Shown: in pieces, positions 16,556 through 27,000 of the stretch
How the letters are laid out: every line of letters begins with the position of its first letter
Position numbering within the stretch: position 1 is the stretch's first letter
Source of the DNA: Gemmatimonadota bacterium
Lineage (GTDB): Bacteria; Gemmatimonadota; Gemmatimonadetes; Gemmatimonadales; Gemmatimonadaceae
Assembly: GCA_028287345.1 (NCBI GenBank)
Contig: JAQBPV010000218.1
Span: 13,681-77,680 of the forward strand
Length of the DNA: 64,000 bases
Direction of reading: 5' to 3'
Program-made: the position numbers and the translations under genes
The notes under the pieces: model-generated
Seen by the model: the letters and a program-made list of their open reading frames with translations, nothing else
Told to the model about the DNA's origin: nothing
Databases searched by the model: none

Positions 16556-18406
16556 ATGACATCGGGTGGGGACAACAGTGCGCAGAGTCGGCCATCTCTG
16601 CGTTCATCAGACGACGCAGTTGCTTTGATCGGCAGGGCCCACGAGCAGGCGGCGCAGCTATCGGCGGCGAGCGCCGTGCTGGAACGGTCGCTCGACCGTC
16701 TGGCGAATCTGTCAGACGTCCGGTTGCTCGTCAGCGAGGTCCTTACGTCGATCATCGAGGTCGCGGGCGCCAACGGTGGGGCGCTCCTCCGTTACGAGCC
16801 GACCACGCGCACGCTTGTGCTCCAATCCTACGTGCTTGATGGAGTGGTCGTCGACATTGCGAACAATGAGCGGTTGGCTCAGAAGCAGGAGGTGATGCCA
16901 GCCGAGAGTTTTCCTCACTGGAAGGATATTCTCGGCGCGACGGACACGTTTTTCGCCTACAGCGATTGCGGAGTTCACCCCGTGCTCCCGGAGGTCGCAT
17001 ACCTACACCGGCCCATGAACAGTGCGGGCTTGGCGCTGCGCCGCGGGGACACCATCGTCGGTCTCCTCATCCTTGTTTATGACTTGCCGGAGGAGTTGCC
17101 GGCGGAGCGAATCCGAGCCACGCGCACGCTGACACGCTACGCGGCACTCGTGCTCGAACTGGCGTCGCTGGCCGATGAATCACGTGAGGCCGCCGTGATC
17201 CGCGCACAGGCGAAGGCAGCCGAAGAACGTGCAACGGAACTGGCTAGCGCGAATGCGGCGCTGAGCAGGTCAATCGAGATGCTCGCGTCCTATGACGATT
17301 TGCCGCGCTTCACGAGTCAACTTCTGCGCGAGGCGATTCGAGCCTCCGGCGCGGACAATGGCAGCGTGGCGCTGCTCGATGAAGTGACGGATACCGTGCG
17401 CCGTATCGCTGTCTGCATCGACGGCCAAGCGGTCGATCTCGCGTCGGACGCAGAGGCGGCTTACTGGCAACCCTTTACGCTTTGGCCACCGATCTGGCAG
17501 CTTCTACGCGAGGGTCGCACGGGTTTCTGGGTTGACTGGAACAATCCAGACGCGCGACCGCCAGTGATGCGAGATGCGGCGCCCGAGATGTGCGCGCTGA
17601 CGCAGAGAACCGGCGATCGTGTTGCGGCACTCCTTCCGTTGTTCTTGCACGACGAGATCGTCGGGTTCCTTAGCCTGGGATTCCGGTCGTTCACGGAGCA
17701 ACGCTGGCCAATCGTGCGGGAGATCTGCGGTGTCTACATGCATCAGCTGGCGTTGGCGTTGCAGAGTGCACGGATCGCGGAGTCGGCGAAAGCCACGGCC
17801 GTCGCCGAAGAGCGCAACCGGGTGGCGCGCGACATCCACGACACGCTCGCGCAAGCACTCGCGCTTATCGTGATGCAGCTGCAGCGTGCAGAGTCCAAAC
17901 TCGGGCCGGCATGGGCGTCGGCTAGCGGGCCGTTGGAGACGGTCCGGCAGCTTGCCGTTGAAGGTCTCGCCGAGGCGAAGCGGTCAGTCAGCATGCTGCG
18001 TCCCCCTGTCACCCCCCGCGGACTTGCCGAAGCAGTGCACGAAGCGACCGATGCCGTCCATGCCTATTTTCGGGGCGCTCTCGAGGTGCGCGTGTCTGGA
18101 GTGCCGCACGCCATGGAGCGATCTGTTGAGGAAGAATTGTTTGCGATTCTTCGTGAGGCACTTACGAACGCCGCCAGGCACAGCAAGGCGAGTCGCATCG
18201 ATGTCGAGGTGGGCTACCTGGACGAGCGTAGCGTACGCGTTGCCGTCACCGACAACGGCGTCGGCTTCGATCCGGATCAACCTCGCAACGGACATTATGG
18301 CCTGATCGGGATGTCCGAGCGCGCCGTTCGGATCGGTGCGGCGCTGACGCTGGCGTCGGAACCCGGCGCGGGAACAGAAATCGTGGCGGTGTGGCCAAAT
18401 GATTGA
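16556..18406 (+). CDS. GAF-domain sensor histidine kinase (HisKA_3/NarX-DegS class)
   Basis: The N-terminal two-thirds is GAF-like. ERNRVARDIHDTLAQAL is the HisKA_3 H-box. EALTNAARHS and GYLDERSVRVAVTDNGVGF...GLIGMSERA are HATPase_c blocks. Confidence 0.85.
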   Translation: MTSGGDNSAQSRPSLRSSDDAVALIGRAHEQAAQLSAASAVLERSLDRLANLSDVRLLVSEVLTSIIEVAGANGGALLRYEPTTRTLVLQSYVLDGVVVDIANNERLAQKQEVMPAESFPHWKDILGATDTFFAYSDCGVHPVLPEVAYLHRPMNSAGLALRRGDTIVGLLILVYDLPEELPAERIRATRTLTRYAALVLELASLADESREAAVIRAQAKAAEERATELASANAALSRSIEMLASYDDLPRFTSQLLREAIRASGADNGSVALLDEVTDTVRRIAVCIDGQAVDLASDAEAAYWQPFTLWPPIWQLLREGRTGFWVDWNNPDARPPVMRDAAPEMCALTQRTGDRVAALLPLFLHDEIVGFLSLGFRSFTEQRWPIVREICGVYMHQLALALQSARIAESAKATAVAEERNRVARDIHDTLAQALALIVMQLQRAESKLGPAWASASGPLETVRQLAVEGLAEAKRSVSMLRPPVTPRGLAEAVHEATDAVHAYFRGALEVRVSGVPHAMERSVEEELFAILREALTNAARHSKASRIDVEVGYLDERSVRVAVTDNGVGFDPDQPRNGHYGLIGMSERAVRIGAALTLASEPGAGTEIVAVWPND

Positions 18407-19034
18407 GTTCGCCGGTTCGATACGGATCCTGCTCGCCGACGATCACGCGATCGTGCGCAACGGCGTCGCGCAGATTCTGAATGAAGAGCGCGGGATGAGC
18501 GTGGTCGCGCAGGCGGCCGACGGTGCGGAAGCCGTTGAACTGTTCGCGCTCCATCGCCCGGACGTGGCGCTCCTCGATCTGCGCATGCCGAAGCTGGAAG
18601 GCGTCCAGGTGGTGGAACAGATCCGGGCGCGTTTCCCCGACGCCGCCACCATCATGCTGACGACATACGATACCGATAACGATATCGAGCGCGCGTTGCG
18701 CGCGGGGGCCAAGGCCTTTCTCGTGAAGGACGTGTCGCCGGAAGAGTTGGTGGCCTGCGTCCGCGCCGTGCATGCGGGGCGCAGTTGGGTGTCGCCCAGA
18801 GTCGCAGCCAAGCTGGTTGCGCACGTGACGAATGTGCGCATCACCCGGCGCGAGCTCGCTGTCCTACGGCTATTGGCAGCCGGAAATTCCAACAAGGAGA
18901 TTGGCGACGCACTCGGCATCACCGACGGCACGGTGAAGATTCACGTCACGCACCTGTTCGCCAAGCTCGATGTGACGAGCCGTACGGAAGCGATCAATGT
19001 TGCCCTGCGACGAGGGCTCGTGCGGATCGACTGA
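18399..19034 (+). CDS. NarL/LuxR-family response regulator
   Basis: Overlaps the kinase stop by 8 nt. Receiver: ILLADDHAIVRNG...DVALLDLRMP. HTH: LTRRELAVLRLLAAGNSNKEIGDALGITDGTVKIHVTHLFAKL. Confidence 0.9.
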   Translation: MIEFAGSIRILLADDHAIVRNGVAQILNEERGMSVVAQAADGAEAVELFALHRPDVALLDLRMPKLEGVQVVEQIRARFPDAATIMLTTYDTDNDIERALRAGAKAFLVKDVSPEELVACVRAVHAGRSWVSPRVAAKLVAHVTNVRITRRELAVLRLLAAGNSNKEIGDALGITDGTVKIHVTHLFAKLDVTSRTEAINVALRRGLVRID

Positions 19035-19103
19035 GGCTGGCGGCGTATCACTAGGTGAGCCACATTCGCTGCCCTGCTGTCTACCACCCGAACCGCGTTG
19101 CGA

Positions 19104-22100
19104 ATGTCGTCTCTCACGGTCATCCATCTGGCCGCGTTGATGCTGGCGCAGACGCAGGCCGATACCACCAAGCCGCGTCCCATCGCGCAGATGGTACACA
19201 CGAGGTGGACGGCCAAGGAAGGCGCTCCGTCCGAGGTGTCTGCGTTCGCGCAGACCCGCGATGGCTATCTCTGGATCGGCACGCGCTCTGGGCTCGTTCG
19301 CTTCGATGGCGTGCGCTTCGTGCCGTTTGCCCCTGCGACCGGCGACACACTGCCAACCGGAGGTGTCCGCAATCTGCGCACCACCCGCGACGGGAACTTG
19401 TGGGTCGTGTCGACGAGCGGTTGGGTGAGTCGCATCCGCGACGGTCGGGTGACATCCTTCGGCGAAAAGGATGGAATACCGCGCACGCTTCAGCTGGCCG
19501 AGTCGCGGAGTGGGACGCTGTTAGCCGGGACGGCGAAAGGAATCCGGCGGTTCGTCAATGGAACGTGGAACGACGCCGGGAAGGAATGGGATTACACGGG
19601 CGGAGACACCAAGGCGATCTGGTTCGATCGGGAAGACGCGCTCTGGGTGGAGGCACACGATCGCTTTCTCTACTTGCCGGCGGGCGAAAAGCGATTCCTG
19701 GATCCGCACATGAGCGCGCTGTTATCGCCAGAGCGGGGGGAGTTTGCGGAAGTGAGCGACGGTACGATCTGGTTTACGGAACTCGCCCGCTCCATTCATA
19801 CCATTCCGCGCATTGGAGATTCGCGGCCAGTGAGCGAGGTGATGGGCGGCGCCGTGCACCTAATCGTCGATCGCAAGGGCAGCCTGTGGATCGGCTCGCA
19901 GGGCGGAGGTCTTCGGCGGCTGCTGGAACCGACGTCAGTGCGCGGCGGAAAGATCGGCCCGGCCGATCCGATCGGGGAGAAATATGCGGAGAAGGAGGGG
20001 CTGCTCTCGGGAATCGTCAACGCCCTCTTCGAGGATCGCGAAGGCAACATCTGGGTTGGCACGGATCGCGGCATCGAGCGTTTTCGCGAAAGTGCGTTTG
20101 TGCCATTTCCGGCGTCAGGTCCGGCCCGTGCGCGATTCGTTTTCGCGAGCCGCGATACTTCCATCTGGTCGAATACGTTCAACACTGGCGCCACTGTCAG
20201 GATTGGTCCTCGCACGCGCGATTCGATTCAGACTGCACTTCTCAAGACGGTCGCCGAAGACCGCTCTGGTACCCTGTGGTTTACGCAGTCGGAGGGCGTA
20301 GGTCGGATCAAGAATCTGCGCACCTCGCACAATTGGCTGGGCGCGTCTGGAGCCGTGTACGACGGAGTCACCGCGGACACTGCCGGAGACGTGTTTGTCT
20401 TCGAGGTGGGATACGGCCTATCGCGGGTTACTCCGACAGGAGTCGTTCGGGCCGCAGCGCTTCCTGAAGCTGCGCGGTCGCTCTCGGCCAGCACGATGTT
20501 CGCCGATCGCAAGGGAAGGATCTGGGTCGGACATCTTAGTCACGTGTCGCTGGTTGATCACGGCGAAATGCGCGTTTTCGGCCCCGATCAGGGTGTTGTG
20601 CCTGGGCGTGTGAACGGCTTTCTCGAGGACCGCGGCGGTGGCATCTGGGCTGTCGGCGATGCCGGGATCAGCAAATTCGATCGCGCCCACTTCCGCTCAA
20701 TTTCGAGACGACAAAGCCTGCCCGGCCGATCGGTATACGGTGTCGCCGAAGATGCTTCGGGTGCGTGGTGGGTCGTCACTCCCGGTGCAGTGCTGCGATT
20801 GCCGCCAGGTGAGGTGGACCGCGCGCTGGCCGATTCCGATCATGTCATTCGGTATCGCAGCTTTGGTATCACTGATGGGGTTCCGGGAATGCTCAGCGGC
20901 ACAGCGTGGGGGCCCCAGGTGACGCGCGCAGCCGACGGACGCATCTGGATCGCTGCCGATAGCGGTGTGGCGAGCATCGATCCTCGGAGCCTGGGGAGCG
21001 ATGCCCCACCGGACGTGCTCGTCGAAACGGCACGCGTCGGAGGCCGCGAACTGACGTGGCCGGCCAGTGACGTCGGGCCCCGAGTGAGTGATCTCGAAGT
21101 CGACTACACCGCGCCGGTGCTCGCGAATCCTGAGCGCATTCAATTCCGGTATCGACTCGAGGGTGCCGATACATCCTGGCATGACGCCGGTACGCGCCGC
21201 CGAGCGTATTTCACCGGACTCGCGCCGGGCTCGTACATCTTCCGCGTTTCCGCGCGCAACGGCGACGGAGCTTGGAGCGAGGTTGGCGCTGCATGGCCGT
21301 TTCGCGTGCTGCCCACGTGGTATCAGACGCTCTGGTTTCGGGCCACTGTGCTCCTCGCCGTCGCTGGGCTCATCGCGGCAGGGTCGGTAAAGGTGCAACG
21401 ACGGCGCGAAGTTCAAACGCGTGAGAAGCTCAAGAACGAGTACGAAGCGACGCTCGCCGAACGTGCCCGCATCGCGCAGGAGTTGCACGACACGCTGTTG
21501 CAGGGTTTCACGGGAGTGACCGTGCAGATCCAGGCGGCCGAGTTCGCGTTTTCGAATCAACCCGAGCTCGCGGCACAAGCCCCTTTGACGGTGCAACGAC
21601 TTGCGCGCGCTTCACTTCTCGCGCGCGCCTCGCTCAAGGAGGCGCGCGAGCGCGTGTGGGACATGCACGAAGAACTTGACGGCGATGATCTATCCACGGC
21701 ACTCGAGGCGTACGCACTCGAGCAGACGGCGGGCAGCAAGGTGAAGGTCAGCATGATCAGCACGGGACATCGCAGGCGGCTCCGCGGCCGTGTCGAAGAC
21801 GCGGCCTTTCGGATCGGCCGCGAAGCCATCATCAACGCGGTGCAACACGCGGAGCCGCGCCGGATCGAGATTCGCGTGGACTTCGGCCCAACCAGTCTCC
21901 AGCTCGAGGTGCTGGACGACGGACGCGGGTTCAGTGTCGAGCAAGCTGAGGAAGCGCGGCGCCAGGGACACTTTGGATTGAGCGGTGCGCGAGAGCGGGC
22001 GGAGGTCGTCGGTGGGCGCTTTGCCGTGCGGGAACGACCGGGTGGCGGCACGATTGCGCGTTTCGAACTACCGCTGCAGGATACCGCGAAGGACGTGTTG

Positions 22101-22118
22101 TCCCTGTCCGCGTCATAG
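19104..22118 (+). CDS. Periplasmic beta-propeller (two-component regulator propeller/Y_Y_Y) sensor histidine kinase, HisKA_3 class
   Basis: Signal-like N-terminus MSSLTVIHLAALMLAQTQA (TTG 19098 is an alternative start). Repeated W/G-rich propeller repeats (GLxRFDG, IWVGT). A TM segment follows at LWFRATVLLAVAGLIAAG. Then ERARIAQELHDTLLQ (H-box) and a C-terminal HATPase_c. Confidence 0.85.
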   Translation: MSSLTVIHLAALMLAQTQADTTKPRPIAQMVHTRWTAKEGAPSEVSAFAQTRDGYLWIGTRSGLVRFDGVRFVPFAPATGDTLPTGGVRNLRTTRDGNLWVVSTSGWVSRIRDGRVTSFGEKDGIPRTLQLAESRSGTLLAGTAKGIRRFVNGTWNDAGKEWDYTGGDTKAIWFDREDALWVEAHDRFLYLPAGEKRFLDPHMSALLSPERGEFAEVSDGTIWFTELARSIHTIPRIGDSRPVSEVMGGAVHLIVDRKGSLWIGSQGGGLRRLLEPTSVRGGKIGPADPIGEKYAEKEGLLSGIVNALFEDREGNIWVGTDRGIERFRESAFVPFPASGPARARFVFASRDTSIWSNTFNTGATVRIGPRTRDSIQTALLKTVAEDRSGTLWFTQSEGVGRIKNLRTSHNWLGASGAVYDGVTADTAGDVFVFEVGYGLSRVTPTGVVRAAALPEAARSLSASTMFADRKGRIWVGHLSHVSLVDHGEMRVFGPDQGVVPGRVNGFLEDRGGGIWAVGDAGISKFDRAHFRSISRRQSLPGRSVYGVAEDASGAWWVVTPGAVLRLPPGEVDRALADSDHVIRYRSFGITDGVPGMLSGTAWGPQVTRAADGRIWIAADSGVASIDPRSLGSDAPPDVLVETARVGGRELTWPASDVGPRVSDLEVDYTAPVLANPERIQFRYRLEGADTSWHDAGTRRRAYFTGLAPGSYIFRVSARNGDGAWSEVGAAWPFRVLPTWYQTLWFRATVLLAVAGLIAAGSVKVQRRREVQTREKLKNEYEATLAERARIAQELHDTLLQGFTGVTVQIQAAEFAFSNQPELAAQAPLTVQRLARASLLARASLKEARERVWDMHEELDGDDLSTALEAYALEQTAGSKVKVSMISTGHRRRLRGRVEDAAFRIGREAIINAVQHAEPRRIEIRVDFGPTSLQLEVLDDGRGFSVEQAEEARRQGHFGLSGARERAEVVGGRFAVRERPGGGTIARFELPLQDTAKDVLSLSAS

Positions 22119-22128
22119 CCTTACGTCA

Positions 22129-22590
22129 TCACAGGGCGCGTTCCTCGATCCAGTCGACGCAGAGCAATCGCTCGGCAAACAGCCAAGAACCGTCCGACTT
22201 CACGAAGCTATCGTTGTAGCGGAGCGCGGCGATCATCATGCGTCGTTTTCCCGCGTCGGATGTCAGGTGATGCGCCAGCGTGTACGCCTCGCCGGTCGCG
22301 CGATCGCCAGTCAGTGAGAGAATCGTGCTCTGTCCGACGAAGTGCATCGTGGCCTCGTATTGATTCAGGTCCGCGAAGACAGGCGCAAGCGCCTCGCGCG
22401 AGTGCAGCTCCTGCGTGGGCACCGGATCTTTCGCGTTCATGAAAACGACGAAGTGGGTATCCGGTGTAAACAGAGCCATCTGGCCGTTCGCGTCGCGACG
22501 ATCGGCGCAATGCGCGTACGCCTCGACGAGCTCACGGATCGCGAGGCGATCCGCTGCTTCCTCGGGTGGAACGGTGACATGCATGCTCAT
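22129..22590 (-). CDS. SnoaL-like/NTF2-fold protein
   Basis: 153 aa, ADRLAIRELVEAYAHCADRRD...FTPDTHFVVF, typical of the SnoaL_4/NTF2 family. Convergent with the kinase gene, with a 10-nt gap. Confidence 0.6.
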   Translation of the reverse strand: MSMHVTVPPEEAADRLAIRELVEAYAHCADRRDANGQMALFTPDTHFVVFMNAKDPVPTQELHSREALAPVFADLNQYEATMHFVGQSTILSLTGDRATGEAYTLAHHLTSDAGKRRMMIAALRYNDSFVKSDGSWLFAERLLCVDWIEERAL

Positions 22591-22729
22591 GAGCGAGGTC
22601 GGTTGCTGGTTGGTGTAGCGTCATACGCGCGTCCCGCTTAGAGGATACCGCCGCGAGGCCAGTGAGCACATATCCATTAAGTCGTATTGACGTACGCCAC
22701 CATTCGCGAGAGCGGCGGTGCGGTCGGCA

Positions 22730-22820
22730 TATCCCAAAGGGCTGATATTGCCCTATTCACCTCGCTAGACGCGCGCGCATCTGACGGCGCGTAGCATTTG
22801 CGGCGCTGAAACACCACACC
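22730..22820 (+). promoter_or_regulatory. Conserved intergenic element, copy A (TATC-N10-GATA core + CAGACGCGCGCGC block)
   Basis: TATCCCAAAGGGCTGATA at 22730-22747, then ...TAGACGCGCGCGCAT...GCGTAGCATTTGCGGCGC...ACACCAC. Aligns by eye over ~90 nt with the copies at 32239 and 46029, and partly with 29322. Lies 50-140 nt upstream of the RND operon start. Confidence 0.5.
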
Positions 22821-22871
22821 TGCGAGTGAGCATGGACATGCCGCCAGGATCGTTCGGAGAAGAGCCTTCTC

Positions 22872-23978
22872 ATGTCTAGCATGCGCTCGACAGTCAATGA
22901 GTGCGGTCTGGCGCTGATCGCGCTCCTCGCTGCGTGCGAGAAAGCCCCGCCTCCGCCGCAAGTCATCCCGACTGTCGCCGTGGCGCCCGCTCTACGGCGC
23001 ACTGTCGGCGACTGGACTGAGCTCACTGGCCAGGTCGCCGCGGTCCAGACTGTAGAGGTGCGTCCGCAGGTCGCGGGCTACGTGATGCGAGTGGCATTTC
23101 GCGAAGGCGCCGACGTGCGGGCGGGCGATACGCTCTTCGTCATCGATCCGCGGCCGTTCGCGGCCGCCCTCGCGACGGCCCGTGCGCAGCTCGCGCGGGA
23201 GCGGAGCGCGCTCGGCCTCGCCGTCGCCGAAGCCGCTCGCGCAGAAACGCTGTTCGCGGCCAATGCGACCTCGCGAGACGATCTGGAAACGCGCTCGGCG
23301 GCCCTTGCCAGGGCGCGCGCGGAAGTCGGTGCCGACGAAGCCTCTGCCGAGACGGCACGGCTGAACCTCGAGTGGACGCTCGTGCGCGCCCCAATCGATG
23401 GTCGCGTTAGCAGTGCCGCCGTCACGCGCGGCAACTACGTGCAGAACGGCGCGACGACGCCGCCGCTGACCACCATCGTCTCGCAGAATCCGATGTACGT
23501 CTACTTCCCCGTGGACGAGCAGTCCTACCTGCGTCACGCCGATGGCGCCGGACGCTCAGGGACGGTGGGAATCGGGCTCGCCAACGAAGCCGGATATCCT
23601 CGCGTAGGACGGATCGACTTCGTGGACAATCAACTCGATGTCGCCAGCGGCACCATTCGCCTCCGCGCGGTGGTGGACAATCACGACCGCCGCCTCGTGC
23701 CCGGACTGTTCGCGCGGGTCCGGCTCGCGGGAGCACCGGCGCAGCCGACGACGGTCGTGGAAGAGCGGGCGATCGGTACCGATCAGGATCGCAAGTTCGT
23801 GTACGTCGTCAAGGCCGACTCCACCGTGGAGTATCGTGCCGTGCAGATCGGTCGCGTCGATAGCGGGTATCGCGTCGTGCAAAGCGGCGTCGTTGCCGGA
23901 GAGCGAGTGATCGTCGATGGACTCCAGCGCGTACGACCCGCGGGCAAGGTCGTCGCCAGTGCGCAGCGGCCCCACTAG
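22872..23978 (+). CDS. RND efflux periplasmic adaptor (MFP) lipoprotein
   Basis: Lipobox LLAAC. HlyD/AcrA-like barrel-sandwich and coiled-coil blocks (GDTLFVIDPRPF, LEWTLVRAPIDGRV). Confidence 0.9.
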   Translation: MSSMRSTVNECGLALIALLAACEKAPPPPQVIPTVAVAPALRRTVGDWTELTGQVAAVQTVEVRPQVAGYVMRVAFREGADVRAGDTLFVIDPRPFAAALATARAQLARERSALGLAVAEAARAETLFAANATSRDDLETRSAALARARAEVGADEASAETARLNLEWTLVRAPIDGRVSSAAVTRGNYVQNGATTPPLTTIVSQNPMYVYFPVDEQSYLRHADGAGRSGTVGIGLANEAGYPRVGRIDFVDNQLDVASGTIRLRAVVDNHDRRLVPGLFARVRLAGAPAQPTTVVEERAIGTDQDRKFVYVVKADSTVEYRAVQIGRVDSGYRVVQSGVVAGERVIVDGLQRVRPAGKVVASAQRPH

Positions 23979-24005
23979 CTCATCTTCCCTCGACCGGTAC
24001 TGACG

Positions 24006-27000
24006 ATGGGCTTATCCCGCTTCTTCATCGATCGTCCGATCTTCGCCGGCGTCGTCTCGATCGTCATCGTTCTCGCGGGGGCGCTCGCTATCGCGGTGCT
24101 CCCGGTGAGTGAGTACCCAGAGGTAACGCCGCCCACCATTCAAGTGATCGCCGCGTACCCAGGAGCCAGTCCCTCCGTACTCGCCGCTACAGTTGCCACG
24201 CCTCTCGAAGAGCAGATCAATGGCGTGGACAACATGCTCTACATGTCATCGCAGTCGCAGCCAAACGGAAACCTCGCGCTCTCGGTGACGTTCAAGATTG
24301 GCACGAATCCCGACATCGCGCAGGTGCAGGTACAGAATCGGGTATCGCAGGCGCTGCCACGGCTCCCGGATGTGGTGCGCGCGCTCGGCGTGACGACGGT
24401 CAAGACCTCCCCGGATTTCATGATGGGGATCAGCCTGTTCTCCCCCAACGGGCGGTACGACGCGCTGTACCTGCGCAACTACGCGACGCTTCAACTGAAG
24501 GACGGCCTGACGCGCATCCCGGGTGTGGGCCAGGCGACGGTGTTCGGCGCGGGCGACTATGCCATGCGCGTCTGGCTCGATCCGACGCAACTCGCCAGCC
24601 GCGGTTTGATGGCCAGCGATGTCGTGAACGCCATCCGCGAGCAGAACGTTCAGGTGGCTGGCGGCATCATTGGCGCCCAACCGGTCGCCATACCCACTGC
24701 GTTCCAGCTGATCGTGAACGTCCATGGCCGCCTCGAGAGCGAAGAGGAGTTTGGCGACATCATTGTCAGAACCGATGCCGCAGGCCGGACCACTCACCTG
24801 CGAGACGTTGCCCGCGTGCAGTTGGGTGCGGGGGACTACTCGGTCCGCAGCGCGCTCGACAACAAGCAATCGTCCACCATCGGCATCTTCCAGGCGCCCG
24901 GATCGAACCAACTTGCGCTCGCACATGCGATCGAAGCGAAGATGCGAGAGCTCAAGCAGGACTTTCCGCCGGGTCTGGATTATTCCATCGCGTACAACAC
25001 CACCACCGTTGTCGAGGAATCGATCGCCGACGTGGTCCGTACGCTGCTCATCGCAATCGGCCTTGTGGCGATTGTGGTCGTCGTGTTCCTGCAGACGTGG
25101 CGCGCCTCGCTTATTCCACTCGCCGCAGTGCCGGTCTCGATCATCGGCACATTCGCCGTCATGCTTGTGGCGGGCTTCGCCATCAACACGCTGACGTTGT
25201 TCGGCCTCGTGCTTGCCGTCGGGATCGTCGTCGATGACGCGATTGTCGTCGTGGAGAACGTGGAGCGGCACATTGAAGCGGGGCTGACGCCGCGCGAGGC
25301 GAGCCGCGCCGCGATGGATGAAGTAAGCGGACCCATTATCGCGATCGGCCTCGTGCTCTGCGCGGTCTTCGTACCAATGGCGTTCATCAGCGGCCTCTCT
25401 GGCCAGTTCTATCGCCAGTTCGCGCTCACGATCGCGTTCTCGACGGTGATCTCGGCGTTCAATTCGCTCACGCTGTCGCCCGCACTCGCCGCGCTCTTGC
25501 TGCGGCCACGCGACGCCGAGCCGGATCGACTTACAAGGATCATCGACGCCGCCGCGGGATGGTTCTTCCGACCGTTCAACCGCGGATTCGTCGCCGCCAC
25601 CCGTCGGTACGAGGAAGGCGTCCGTCGCCTGATTCAGCACAAGGGCGCGCCGCTCGCGGTGTACGCGGTCCTCCTCGTGCTGACGGTCGTGGCGTTCCGT
25701 CGCGTTCCGGCGGGGTTCGTCCCGACGCAGGACAAGCAGTACTTGATTGCAGTGGCGCAGCTTCCCAACGGCGCCTCCCTCGATCGGACGGATGAAGTGC
25801 TTCACCGCATGACGTCGATTGGACTCGCCCACCCCGGCGTGGCACACGCATTCAGTATCACTGGGCTCTCGATCAACGCGTTCGCCAGTCTTCCGAATGC
25901 CGGCGCGATCTTCTTCATCCTCAAGCCGTTCTCGGAGCGCAAGGGCAAGGGCATGTATGGCCTCGACATCGCCCAGACGCTGAATCAACAATTGGCCGCG
26001 ATCCCGGGAGCATTCATCGCCGTGTTCCCACCACCGGCCGTCAGCGGACTTGGTCCCGTCGGCGGTTTCAAACTGGAGATCGAAGACAGGGCGGGCGTGG
26101 GGAGCGCAGGGCTCTATCAAGCCACCCAAGCGATGATGGGCCGGGCGTACCAGACGCCCGCGCTTGCCGGCGTGTTCTCCACGTACGAGATCAATGTCCC
26201 ACAGCTCTTTGTCGACGTTGACCGAGCGAAAGCGAAGCGGGAGGGTGTAGCGCTGCGCGACCTGTTCGAGACCCTCCAGGCAAACCTCGGCTCCGAATAC
26301 GTCAACGACTTCAACAAGTTCGGCCGCACCTACCAGGTCGTGGCACAGGCCGACGCCAGTCACCGCGCGGTTCCCGAGGACATCACCCAGCTCAAGGTGC
26401 GGAATGCGTACGGCGTGATGGTGCCCGTCGGCACGATCGCCACCGTCCGGCAGACATTTGGACCGGCGCTGGTGGGGCACTACAACGGATTCCCGGCGGC
26501 GGACGTGAGCGGTAATGCGGCGCCGGGTATCGCCTCCGGCGAAGCCCAGGCCGCCATCGCAAAAATTGCCACCGAAGTCCTGCCAAACGGTGTTGGATTC
26601 GAATGGACCGACCTCGCCTATCAGCAGATCGTTGCCGGCAGCTCCGCCGCGTTGATCTTCCCACTCTCGGTGCTGCTCGCCTTCCTCGTACTCGCCGCGC
26701 AGTACGAGAGCTGGACGCTACCGCTGGCCGTCATACTCATCGTGCCGATGAGCATTCTGTGCGCGCTCACCGGCGTGCTGCTGACGCACGGCGACAAGAA
26801 CGTGTTCGTCGAAGTCGGGTTGGTGGTGCTCCTTGGGCTGGCGTGCAAGAACGCCATCCTCATCGTGCAGTTTGCGCACGAGCGCCAGGAAGCGGCCGGT
26901 GCGGATCGCGTGTCCGCGGCGCTCGACGCGGCGCGGCTGCGACTTCGGCCCATTCTCATGACGTCCTTTGCCTTCATCATGGGCGTCGTTCCGCTCGTCT

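Noticed and set aside
19055-20467. 470-aa + strand ORF overlapping the propeller kinase in another frame
   Set aside because: The translation is extremely Arg/Gly/Ser-rich nonsense. The alternative frame (19104-22118) has a signal peptide, propeller repeats and kinase motifs.
24246-26480. 744-aa ORF on the minus strand
   Set aside because: It lies entirely antisense to the well-supported AcrB-type permease. The translation is Arg/Gly/Asp/His-rich with no motifs. This is the typical high-GC antisense open frame.
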